Source of the DNA: Tepidanaerobacter syntrophicus
Lineage (GTDB): Bacteria > Bacillota > Thermosediminibacteria > Thermosediminibacterales > Tepidanaerobacteraceae
Assembly (NCBI RefSeq): GCF_001485475.2
Contig: NZ_DF977002.1
Location: 132,426-156,425, forward strand
Reading direction: 5' to 3'
Length of the DNA stretch: 24,000 bases
The position numbers were made by a program, and so were the translations under genes. The notes under the pieces were generated by a model that was not told the origin of the DNA, did no database searches, and saw only the letters and a list, made by a program, of their open reading frames with translations. Below are positions 1 through 8,332 of the stretch, piece after piece (position 1 is the stretch's first letter; each line of letters opens with the position of its first letter).

Positions 1-41
1 TTGGATTATTATATAGCAAAAGAAATGAACAAAAACTAAAT

Positions 42-719
42 CTATTCTTGATGCAGTGTTATAAGATTTTTAATGAGTTTTGCCTTATAAAGAGCCTTAT
101 CTGCCATATTTATCAAATCTGCAGCCTGAACAAGCTCCTGAGCAGAGGCGATTCCGCCTGAGATGGTAATTTTACAGCCGAAATCATACTCCTCTATGAT
201 GCTTCTTATGCGTTCGAAAACTGCTTTTGCTCCGGTTGAATTAGTATCCGGCATAACTATTACAAATTCCTCCCCGCCCCATCTTGCAATAATATCGGTT
301 CTTCGAAGGTTGTCCTGTAATATTTGTGCTATTTCTTTCAATACTTCATCACCAAAAAGATGACCATATCTGTCATTTATAGATTTGAAATTATCTATAT
401 CCAGGATTGCAAGTGATAAAATTTTATCAGCTCTCTGATCTTTTAAATCTCTCGTAAGATCATGTAATATTTCATTCAAATATCTTCTATTCCAAAGTCC
501 CGTCAGCTCATCTTTGTACGCAGAAAAGTATAATTTCGCAAGAAAATATCCCGTGCAAAGCCAAAAAGACGTATGAATAGTTAAATATGCAGGGGCAAAT
601 CGCCTTTCAAATGTATTTTCATTTAGATGCTGAACATATAAAGCCCAAGGCGATATTCCAACACCTATCCACGAAAGAAATATGAAAAATAATTTCAATG
701 AATGCCTCTTTTTAATCAT
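42..719 (-). CDS. Membrane-anchored diguanylate cyclase (GGDEF domain)
   Basis: 225-aa ORF. Two N-terminal hydrophobic helices (LKLFFIFLSWIGVGISPWALYV, TSFWLCTGYFLAKLYF) precede a GGDEF domain: DIDNFKSINDRYGH and RRTD-IIARW-GGEEF. That gives an intact GGEEF active site plus an RxxD I-site five residues upstream. Confidence 0.85.
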   Translation of the reverse strand: MIKKRHSLKLFFIFLSWIGVGISPWALYVQHLNENTFERRFAPAYLTIHTSFWLCTGYFLAKLYFSAYKDELTGLWNRRYLNEILHDLTRDLKDQRADKILSLAILDIDNFKSINDRYGHLFGDEVLKEIAQILQDNLRRTDIIARWGGEEFVIVMPDTNSTGAKAVFERIRSIIEEYDFGCKITISGGIASAQELVQAADLINMADKALYKAKLIKNLITLHQE

Positions 720-742
720 TTACCCACCGCCCCTAACCGCTT

Positions 743-779
743 ATTATACCATTGTACATCAATTGCACGGCATTTGCAA
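743..779 (-). promoter_or_regulatory. Candidate sigma-A promoter for the GGDEF gene
   Basis: Minus strand reads TTGCAA (774-779), 17 nt, TACAAT (751-756), immediately followed by TGgTATAAT (743-751). This lies 20-30 nt upstream of the GGTGGG RBS and ATG 719. Confidence 0.45.
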
Positions 780-870
780 ACGTTTTAGTTATAGCATTTA
801 TATTAAACTTTGCCCGCGATTGCACTTAGAAGACAAACTTCTTGGCGTGCTCGGACTACATCCAAAGCAC

Positions 871-3858
871 CTATGCGCCTCTATTAAGCTTCTCATAGGT
901 CTCGGTCAGCATATATTCCATAAGGGCATTCCTAAACTGTTCATCATCTAAGACGCGAGTGAAAAATGTTCGGTTCTGGTCCATTCTGTCAACTACCTTA
1001 TTTATAAAGACTTTTTCAAAGGCAAGTCTAAAATCATCGATGGTGTTTGTCTTAGCTTTCAGGACTAAGTCTTTATCTGCTGCAAACTCTTCTTTAATCT
1101 GCTCTACAGATAACTGATCTGCTTTTGTAAAGTCAGTGCCAAAGCGTTCATTAAGACGCTCAATAATGCTTGACAAGTATTCTTCTTCGCTTTCGCGCAC
1201 CATTCCTCCTCCATATCTTGGCGGAGAAACCGGCACATTTTCATAATTTTCTCCAAGCGAGATACTTCCTTCGAATGTCTTTTTAGCCGTATAATATTCC
1301 ATAGCAATTTCATCTGCCAGATGAATAGCAGAACCCTTTTCCTTAGGCAGCTTTTTTAGCAGATATGTTAAATACACATACAGCTTATGCAGCTCTATAT
1401 CCTCGAAGGGTGTTATCTGAAGGATAAAAGAATAAAGTCTTATATACTTTGCTGCTTGGCTGCTAAAATCCTCCTTATGTTCTTCGTCTAACTTTTTAAA
1501 TCTTTCTACCGCCGTATCTATAAGGCTGTTTAATACAGCTCTGTCTTTTGAATTCTTTTTTTCCTTAGGTTTAAAATATATATAAGCAAACTTATCCAGT
1601 TCTTCCTTAATATACACTCCGCAGGCATCAAGCATCGTCTGAATATCATAGAGCAAATTCGGCTCTGTCACTTCTTCCACAATAGTAGCCTCATAATAAG
1701 GCTTAAAGGATTCCTGAATATCTTCTGCCTTATTTACAAAGTCAAGTACAAAAGTATCTTCTTTCCCTTGACAGGTTCTGTTTAGCCTAGATAGAGTCTG
1801 AACAGCTTTTACTCCTGATAGCTTTTTATCCACATACATTGTATGCAGAAGCGGCTGGTCAAAACCTGTTTGGTATTTTTCCGCAACCAAAAGCACTTGA
1901 TACTCATCAGTTGCAAAGCGGTCCGGAAGCTCTGATTCTTTAAAGCCGTTCATATCGCTTTCCGTATATTCTATGCCTTCGTCCCTTACTATCCCCGAAA
2001 ATGCTACTAATGTTTTTAGCCCTTTATAGCCCATCTTTTTGATGTATTCATCGAAGGCATGTTTGTAGCGCACTGCATGAAGCCTGGAACTTGTTACAAC
2101 CATAGCCTTCGCTCTTCCCCCTATTTTATGACTGGTCACATTTCTGAAATGCTCCACCATTATTTCAGTTTTTTGGGCAATATTGTGGGGATGAAGGCTT
2201 ACATACCTTGTAAGAGCCTTCGTTGCTTTAGCTTTGTCAAAAGCAGGGTCGTCTTCTATCTTTTTTGCCAATTTAAAATAGGTTTCATAAGTTACATAGT
2301 TTCGAAGCACATCTAAGATAAATCCCTCTTCAATAGCCTGTCTCATTGAATACAAATGGAAGGGGTGAGGCAAACCGTCTTCACCTATAGTTCCAAACAT
2401 TTCCAGTGTTTTAGCTTTGGGGGTTGCAGTAAATGCAAAAAAGCTAATATTGGGCTGCCTTCCTCTCTTCTTTATTGTATTTAAGATTTCTTCTTCAGGA
2501 TCGTATCCTTTGCCCTCTAGTTCTTCGTCCAGTCTTGCTGCTTCTTCAAGACTGCTTGCCGACAGCACTTCTTGTAAAGAAGCCATATTTTCTCCTGTAC
2601 TGCTTGAATGAGCCTCATCTATAATAACAGCATATTTGCGGTTTTCCAGTTCTCCCACTTTTTCAATTATAAAAGGAAATTTTTGCAGTGTAGAAATAAT
2701 AATCCTCGCACCGCTTTTTAGGGCCTCAGCCAGCTGGCCAGAGTCCTTATCTATTTTTTGAACAACTCCGTGTTTATGTTCAAGCTGATAAATGCTTTCC
2801 TGCAGCTGCCTATCTAAAACTCTTCTGTCTGTAATAACGATTACCGAATCAAAAACCGAGTTATCTTCATTATCATGTAAATTAGCAAGGCGATGTGCAA
2901 GCCAAGAAATAGAGTTAGTCTTTCCTGATCCTGCACTGTGCTGCACAAGATAGTTCGTTCCTGCTCTCTTTTCTCTTACATCAGCTTCTAGCTTTCTTAC
3001 TACATCTAATTGATGATATCTTGGAAATATGACTTTTTCTGAAATATAAGTTTTTCCATCTATGTCTTTTTTCTCTTCAGTTTCAATGAATACAAACCTC
3101 TTTAGTATATCCATTAAGCTATCCTTTTGGAGTATCTCCTCCCAAAGATAAGCTGTTTTAAACCCATTAGGATTTTCCGGATTGCCTCTGCCTCCATCTT
3201 TTCCTTTATTAAAAGGTAAAAAGAAGGTCTTATCTCCTGCAAGCCTTGTCGTCATATAAACTTCCGAGGTATCTGCCGCAAAAAATACTATGGCTCTTTT
3301 TTTAAACTGAAAAAGCAGCTCATTAGGATTTCTGTCCTGCTTATACTGCATTATGGCATCTTCATAAGTCTGACCAGTAAAAGGATTTTTAAGTTCCAGC
3401 ACCACAGCAGGAAGACCATTGACACAGATGAGCATATCAATGCTATTTTCGCTTTTTGTGCTATAGCGCACCTGCCTTGTAACAGATATGCGATTCTTTT
3501 TGTAGAGTCTTACCATTTCCTCGTTTAATTTACTGGCAGGCTTAAAATAAGCAAGGTCCAAATATATGCCATAGTCCTTAATTCCATGCCTTAACACATC
3601 GATCATACCCCGATTGTTAAGCTCTCGGTTTAATCTGCTCAGTATCTTAAATCTGTACTGATCTTTATAGATTTCCCTTAATTTTTCCATCTTCTTAGGT
3701 TGAGTGTCCTCTAAAAACTCAAAAAGAATCTTAGCATCAACTGCAAACTCCCTATTGTAGTCGGCAGGATCGCCCTTAACATAACCCGAATTTAAAAGAT
3801 GCTCCTGGATATATTCCTCAAAACCTTTTTCCAAAAGCTCTGCAGGAGTTTTAGCCAA
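871..3858 (-). CDS. hsdR: Type I restriction enzyme R subunit (HsdR)
   Basis: 995 aa. N-terminal PD-(D/E)xK nuclease motif (DMLICVNGLPAVVLELK). SF2 motor motifs QHSAGSGKT (Walker A), VIIDEAHSS (DEAH) and FAFTATP. Long C-terminal helical domain. TTG start (3856-3858) with GAGGTGA RBS at 3864-3870. Confidence 0.95.
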   Translation of the reverse strand: MAKTPAELLEKGFEEYIQEHLLNSGYVKGDPADYNREFAVDAKILFEFLEDTQPKKMEKLREIYKDQYRFKILSRLNRELNNRGMIDVLRHGIKDYGIYLDLAYFKPASKLNEEMVRLYKKNRISVTRQVRYSTKSENSIDMLICVNGLPAVVLELKNPFTGQTYEDAIMQYKQDRNPNELLFQFKKRAIVFFAADTSEVYMTTRLAGDKTFFLPFNKGKDGGRGNPENPNGFKTAYLWEEILQKDSLMDILKRFVFIETEEKKDIDGKTYISEKVIFPRYHQLDVVRKLEADVREKRAGTNYLVQHSAGSGKTNSISWLAHRLANLHDNEDNSVFDSVIVITDRRVLDRQLQESIYQLEHKHGVVQKIDKDSGQLAEALKSGARIIISTLQKFPFIIEKVGELENRKYAVIIDEAHSSSTGENMASLQEVLSASSLEEAARLDEELEGKGYDPEEEILNTIKKRGRQPNISFFAFTATPKAKTLEMFGTIGEDGLPHPFHLYSMRQAIEEGFILDVLRNYVTYETYFKLAKKIEDDPAFDKAKATKALTRYVSLHPHNIAQKTEIMVEHFRNVTSHKIGGRAKAMVVTSSRLHAVRYKHAFDEYIKKMGYKGLKTLVAFSGIVRDEGIEYTESDMNGFKESELPDRFATDEYQVLLVAEKYQTGFDQPLLHTMYVDKKLSGVKAVQTLSRLNRTCQGKEDTFVLDFVNKAEDIQESFKPYYEATIVEEVTEPNLLYDIQTMLDACGVYIKEELDKFAYIYFKPKEKKNSKDRAVLNSLIDTAVERFKKLDEEHKEDFSSQAAKYIRLYSFILQITPFEDIELHKLYVYLTYLLKKLPKEKGSAIHLADEIAMEYYTAKKTFEGSISLGENYENVPVSPPRYGGGMVRESEEEYLSSIIERLNERFGTDFTKADQLSVEQIKEEFAADKDLVLKAKTNTIDDFRLAFEKVFINKVVDRMDQNRTFFTRVLDDEQFRNALMEYMLTETYEKLNRGA

Positions 3859-3877
3859 TTAACTCACCTCAAATAAA

Positions 3878-4786
3878 CTAATTTTCATCATAGCTTTTTG
3901 CTATAAGTTCTTTAGCCTTTTCAAAATCATCCCTATTATTTATCCTAACTTCCAAATTCCCGGTACCATAATGACCAATATTTCTTACATCTCTGGTAAA
4001 ACCTTCTTTTAGTTCCACTTCGTCAGGGTTTATATTTAAATACATAAGTACTGTTCTATTCTTTGGATAAATTTCCACGCAAGCAAAATTTCGTATCTTT
4101 TTAAAGGCAATGTAATATTTTAAAACCTTTTCCTGTATGTCGTCTCCAAGGCTTAATATAAAATCCCTAACTGAATAATACATGTCCTGCAGTTCCTCAT
4201 CGGCTTGTTGAAGATTCTCTGTAACAGTTTTATATACGTTCGATTTGGTTATGCCATCATCGGAAATGTTTGCTGTTTGTGAAGCTGTAGTAACATTAAC
4301 CAGTTCAAATAAAATTAAATCATCCACATATTTTTTATATCTGATAAGTTCTATATTCCTATTAATTTGCTTTACAGCATATTCATCAAACTTTGTAAAG
4401 TCACCTGCAACACATAAAAGTCTCGGCATAGACCATTCTATCTTATCGGCAATATCTTTCCCTAGTTTCTCCATAACAAGTAATTTAAACTCTGCCTTAT
4501 GGTCCATTAGCCAATCAAGATAATATAAACCTTGATTTATTACATTCTCATTTAAAGCCCTCTTATATTCTAATATTACTGGGCAATAGTTCTCATCAAT
4601 GCCCAAAGAGTCAATGCGCCCACCATGAGTTTTCCCTGTAGAATATTCTGAAGCTAAAAAGGTTATGCCAAAAAATGCTTCCATATTATTCTCAATTAAA
4701 GTTTGAATAGACTTTTCGATAGCTACCGAAGTACCTACAAGCTCTTTTACTCCGTTTTTGATGCTAAAAAGTTTTAAATCACCCAT
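3878..4786 (-). CDS. NucS/DUF91-like PD-(D/E)xK nuclease-fold protein with a DUF5655-like C-terminal domain, embedded in the type I R-M operon
   Basis: The ORF track gives 3878-4801. ATG 4786 is preferred because GGGGGT lies 7 nt upstream of it. N-terminal half carries GGRIDSLGIDENYCPVILEYKR...INQGLYYLDW, a D...ExK...Q..Y pattern as in NucS/RecB-fold nucleases. C-terminal YYIAFKK..NFACVEIYPK...IGHYGTGNLEVRI resembles DUF5655. Same strand as hsdS and hsdR, with tight junctions on both sides. Confidence 0.6.
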   Translation of the reverse strand: MGDLKLFSIKNGVKELVGTSVAIEKSIQTLIENNMEAFFGITFLASEYSTGKTHGGRIDSLGIDENYCPVILEYKRALNENVINQGLYYLDWLMDHKAEFKLLVMEKLGKDIADKIEWSMPRLLCVAGDFTKFDEYAVKQINRNIELIRYKKYVDDLILFELVNVTTASQTANISDDGITKSNVYKTVTENLQQADEELQDMYYSVRDFILSLGDDIQEKVLKYYIAFKKIRNFACVEIYPKNRTVLMYLNINPDEVELKEGFTRDVRNIGHYGTGNLEVRINNRDDFEKAKELIAKSYDEN

Positions 4787-4801
4787 ACAATTTACCCCCA
4801 T

Positions 4802-6139
4802 CTAACTAACAGCAGCATAATCTCTTACATCAATTTTGCCCGTCACCGCTTCAAAAATAAGGGCTTGGCGGTATTCTTTGAGTTTCTGGATTTGTTCTTG
4901 GATTTCTGATACTAAACTGTCGATTTCAGCAGTTTTTTGGTCGAGGAAGTTAGCGATGGATATTTGTTCGTCAAGGGGAGGTAATGGTAGCCTCATATTT
5001 GCATATTTTTGACCATTGAAATTGCTGATTGTCGATGTTACTAATGCTATTTTAATTTGACTATAAAAGCTCTCTGACTTTGTAAAATAAAATAAATATC
5101 GGGAATAGTTATATTTATTGGCTCTAAATTTAACTAGATAACTCGCATAAGTGCACTTTCCGTATTTATCCTCATCGAAATAAAGCGAAATTCCCAGCGA
5201 ACCACTTCTAGATACTAAAATATCCCCAGTTTTTAAAATATTTTTTCTTTCCTTTTCTATCGGGATAAAAACGCCTTGCATTTTGCTATCTAAATTTCCT
5301 AATTTGTTTATATCAGTTGCTCTTATTAGTCTTATACCATCTTCCGTATAGCTCTCTGACGGTTCATTTAATCCATAAATTGCAGATTCGATACATGCAT
5401 ATTTCAGCTTTGTGACCTTCCACCCCTCGGGTATATCCCCTATCCACTCAATCCCCGAATCCTTCATCTTTACATTTAGGTTAAGACCTTTTGTTACTGC
5501 TTCGGTTATAACTGCCTGCCGCTTTTCCTGAAGCAGTTCAATCAGTTTTTCTTTATCCGCAATCAGGTCGTCTATTTCCGCAGTTTTTTGGTCGAGGAAG
5601 TTGACAATTTCTCTCTGCTCACTCAATGGCATCAATAAACACTCAAAGTTTTTCAAAGACTCATTATTTATGATTGGTAACGTTGTATAATTGGAAATAT
5701 TTTTTATTACTTCTTGGTTAGCATGCAACCAGTAATATAAATAATCACTGTTCACTTTTTGCTCATCAGCGATTATCCCCGTTATCTGTTGGTTAAAACT
5801 TCCATCAATTCCTAATATAGCTACTTTACCAACAGTAGCTCCAATGCCAACAACTATTATAGTTTTTTTTGGAAACAATCTTGCCTCATTATCAATAATA
5901 GCTATGCTACTAATCTTTCTTTTTGACTCACGTAATACCTTGTCTTCTAAAAAATCTCCTGGTGTAAACCATTGAATTTCTCCATTAAAATAATCCTCAT
6001 TTTTTGTCGTTGGTGTCCTTCCTGTTTGAATTAATTTAACTATACGTTTCAGAGGTTCTACCTTCCACCCCTCAGGTATCTTTCCTATCCACTCGATGCC
6101 GGAATCTTTGTATTTGTCATATCTTTTAAAGTTGCTCAT
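4802..6139 (-). CDS. hsdS: Type I R-M specificity subunit (HsdS), two target-recognition domains
   Basis: 445 aa with internal duplication. DSGIEWIGKIPEGWKVEPLKR matches DSGIEWIGDIPEGWKVTKLKY at the start of each TRD. FLDQKTAEIDDLIADKEKLIELLQEKRQAVITEAVTKG matches FLDQKTAEIDSLVSEIQEQIQKLKEYRQALIFEAVTGK in the two coiled-coil conserved regions. The ATG overlaps the hsdM stop (ATGA at 6136-6139). Confidence 0.93.
   Translation of the reverse strand: MSNFKRYDKYKDSGIEWIGKIPEGWKVEPLKRIVKLIQTGRTPTTKNEDYFNGEIQWFTPGDFLEDKVLRESKRKISSIAIIDNEARLFPKKTIIVVGIGATVGKVAILGIDGSFNQQITGIIADEQKVNSDYLYYWLHANQEVIKNISNYTTLPIINNESLKNFECLLMPLSEQREIVNFLDQKTAEIDDLIADKEKLIELLQEKRQAVITEAVTKGLNLNVKMKDSGIEWIGDIPEGWKVTKLKYACIESAIYGLNEPSESYTEDGIRLIRATDINKLGNLDSKMQGVFIPIEKERKNILKTGDILVSRSGSLGISLYFDEDKYGKCTYASYLVKFRANKYNYSRYLFYFTKSESFYSQIKIALVTSTISNFNGQKYANMRLPLPPLDEQISIANFLDQKTAEIDSLVSEIQEQIQKLKEYRQALIFEAVTGKIDVRDYAAVS
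4919..4951. repeat. hsdS conserved-region direct repeat, copy 1 (partner 5570-5602)
   Basis: 33 nt with 2 mismatches to the partner. The core gcagttttttggtcgaggaagtt (4929-4951) is a perfect 23-nt match to 5580-5602. Confidence 0.9.
5416..5462. repeat. hsdS TRD-leader direct repeat, copy 1 (partner 6061-6107)
   Basis: 39 of 47 nt identical to 6061-6107, by hand alignment. Both copies begin ccttccacccctc. Encodes the DSGIEWIG.IPEGWKV segment. Confidence 0.85.
5570..5602. repeat. hsdS conserved-region direct repeat, copy 2 (partner 4919-4951)
   Basis: See partner entry. Encodes the FLDQKTAEID segment of the central conserved region. Confidence 0.9.
6061..6107. repeat. hsdS TRD-leader direct repeat, copy 2 (partner 5416-5462)
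   Basis: See partner entry. Confidence 0.85.
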
Positions 6140-8154
6140 TCGCCTATCACCTTTTGGAGTTTTTGCTGGATGCTTTTTTCAAGTTGTTTTATTTCTTCTA
6201 AGATTTCCTCGGAAGGTCTTAGTGGTTCATATTTATAAAAATGTCGCGTGAAGGGGATTTCGTATCCTATTTTTGTCTTGGATTCATCTATCCAAGCATC
6301 AGGCGCGTGGGGTTTTACTTCCCGATTAAAGTAATCATGTATGTCTTCTTTTAGGGGCACATTCTCTGTATCTCTTAAATCCGGATCCGGTTCAGGATTT
6401 CCTTTGGCATCCAGACAGACATCCGCTGTTTCATCCTTTTCAGACAGGGCTGAAATAATAGCTTTAAGCAGTGTATTATCAAGCTTTACATCGCTGTTTT
6501 TGAAGGCTTTTTTAAGCTCTTTTGTAAATACATCTCTATTTTTATACATAATATCAGAATTCATAGTTTTCAGTACCGCTATAATCTGCTGCTGCAATTT
6601 CTTGCCTTCTTCTATTTCGCGAAGACCCGCCGCACCTTTTTTCTTAGATTCGGCAAGTTTTTGAAAGGCTCTTTCATTGTAAAGGTTGTTTATCCTCTCC
6701 TCGGTTACTTGAAAGTTTAGTCTTAAAGGTCTTTCTACGACTATCTTCCGGTAGCCAAAGTCTTCGTTGTCAAAAATTTTGCAGTATTCGTTTTCCTTAA
6801 ATTCTCCGTATATCCGCGTAATTTCCTCTATCTGTTCTTCGCTGATTTCATTTCTCTTATTGCCGAGGCTTTTTCTCATCTTCTGGTAAAAGTCTACTGC
6901 ATTTACCAGCTGTATTTTCCCTGTTCTTACAGGACCTTTCATCAAATCATTGTTTTTGCGGTTGGTTACTATCCAAATATAGGTAGAAATGCCTGTATTA
7001 TAAAATAGCTGGTCAGGTAGAGCAATAATTCCTTCCAACATATCATTTTCAATTATCCAGCGCCTTATTTCTGATTCCCCCGAACCTGCATCTCCTGTGA
7101 ACAAGGGCGAACCATTGAATATAATGGCAATACGGCTGCCCTTTTCGTCTTGTTTCATCTTCGATATTAAATGCTGTAGGAACAAAAGAGAACCATCTGA
7201 TATCCTGGGAAGACCTGCACCAAATCTGCCGTTAAATCCTTCTTTTTCATATTCTTCGCGGATAAACTTTTCTGCTTTCTTCCATTCTACCCCAAAAGGG
7301 GGATTCGTCAGCATATATCTAAATGTTTTATCCTTGTGCCCATCTTCTGTAAAACTGTCACCTAAAATAATGTTGTCTGCATCCTGCCCCTTTATGAGCA
7401 TATCAGATTTGCAAATGCTGTAGGACTGCGGATTTATCTCTTGACCGAATAATTCCACCTGTATGCCCGGGTTTAGTTCTTTCAAATATTGCTCGGCAAC
7501 TGAGAGCATACCGCCGGTACCGGCACAACAGTCATAGACAGTTACGACAAGACCCGGAGTTGTCAAACTTTCCTTATCCTCATTTAAAAGTATATTTACC
7601 ATAAGCCTTATAACTTCTCGAGGCGTATAGTGATCGCCGGCTTCAGCGTGTTCGGAAAATCTTCTTATAAGCTCCTCGAATATATAGCCCATCTCTGTAT
7701 TGCTTACCACATCGGGATGTAAATCTATCTTATTAAACTCAGATACAATAAGATAAAGCAGGTTATTATCATTAAGTTTTGTAATCTGCTTGTCAAAATC
7801 AAAATGCTCTATGATTTCTCTGGCATTCTTTGAAAAACCGTTGATATAGTTTCTTAAATTGCTTGCGATGTTATCAGGGTCTGCCAGTAATTTTTCAAAA
7901 TCATATTTGCTTGTATTGTTGAATTTCTGTTTCGATATTTTATTCAAAACAGGGTCCATATTTTGAAGCCCTGTTTTCTTTAAAGCTTCATACTCTTTCA
8001 ATACTTCTTCCTTAGTTTCTGCCAAAACACAATCAAATCTTCTAAGAACAGCCATCGGGAGAATTACGTCTCCATACTGCTCTTTTTTGTAAGGACCTCT
8101 TAAAAGCTCTGCTATGCTCCATATAAAATTAACCTTGTCTTGAAAGTTGGTCAA
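6136..8154 (-). CDS. hsdM: Type I R-M N6-adenine DNA methyltransferase subunit (HsdM)
   Basis: HsdM_N-like start (FQDKVNFIWSIAELLRGPYKKEQYGDVILPMAVLRRFD), SAM motif VYDCCAGTGGML and catalytic LTNPPFG. The start is revised from ATG 8244 to in-frame TTG 8152-8154. AGGAGTG (8161-8167) lies 6 nt upstream of the TTG, and the 30 extra codons overlap the promoter. Confidence 0.9.
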   Translation of the reverse strand: MTNFQDKVNFIWSIAELLRGPYKKEQYGDVILPMAVLRRFDCVLAETKEEVLKEYEALKKTGLQNMDPVLNKISKQKFNNTSKYDFEKLLADPDNIASNLRNYINGFSKNAREIIEHFDFDKQITKLNDNNLLYLIVSEFNKIDLHPDVVSNTEMGYIFEELIRRFSEHAEAGDHYTPREVIRLMVNILLNEDKESLTTPGLVVTVYDCCAGTGGMLSVAEQYLKELNPGIQVELFGQEINPQSYSICKSDMLIKGQDADNIILGDSFTEDGHKDKTFRYMLTNPPFGVEWKKAEKFIREEYEKEGFNGRFGAGLPRISDGSLLFLQHLISKMKQDEKGSRIAIIFNGSPLFTGDAGSGESEIRRWIIENDMLEGIIALPDQLFYNTGISTYIWIVTNRKNNDLMKGPVRTGKIQLVNAVDFYQKMRKSLGNKRNEISEEQIEEITRIYGEFKENEYCKIFDNEDFGYRKIVVERPLRLNFQVTEERINNLYNERAFQKLAESKKKGAAGLREIEEGKKLQQQIIAVLKTMNSDIMYKNRDVFTKELKKAFKNSDVKLDNTLLKAIISALSEKDETADVCLDAKGNPEPDPDLRDTENVPLKEDIHDYFNREVKPHAPDAWIDESKTKIGYEIPFTRHFYKYEPLRPSEEILEEIKQLEKSIQQKLQKVIGE

Positions 8155-8229
8155 ATATATCACTCCTGCTGCATGTATTATAAATTTTTTAAATCTAACT
8201 TTTATCAGATTTAATATCGTATGTACAAA

Positions 8230-8258
8230 ATTATACCAAGCCATATGTTAATATTCTA
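8230..8258 (-). promoter_or_regulatory. Candidate extended -10 promoter of the hsdMS-nuclease-hsdR operon
   Basis: Minus strand reads TAGAAT (8253-8258), 17 nt, TGgTATAAT (8230-8238). It sits about 75 nt upstream of the TTG start and downstream of the permease terminator. Confidence 0.45.
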
Positions 8259-8309
8259 TATTTATTTCGGTTTTCCTTTGTTTCGGGTATCTTGCGGAGA
8301 ATTTTCCAC

Positions 8310-8332
8310 ATAAAAAGCACCCTTTGGGTGCT
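8310..8332 (-). terminator. Rho-independent terminator after the ABC-2 permease gene
   Basis: Minus strand reads AGCACCC-AAA-GGGTGCT followed by TTTTAT. The 7-bp GC-rich stem (8316-8322 / 8326-8332) starts at the TGA stop. Confidence 0.6.

Noticed and set aside
800-870. A terminator downstream of hsdR.
   Set aside because: Only short 5-bp stems occur (GTGCT...AGCAC, AGAAG-n5-CTTCT), and none is followed by a U-tract. This is not convincing, so read-through toward the GGDEF gene is possible.
8155-8244. A 30-codon N-terminal extension of hsdM (MAWYNFVHTILNLIKVRFKKFIIHAAGVIY).
   Set aside because: It has no RBS and overlaps the TGgTATAAT promoter box. The conserved HsdM N-terminus starts at the TTG, which has a strong RBS.
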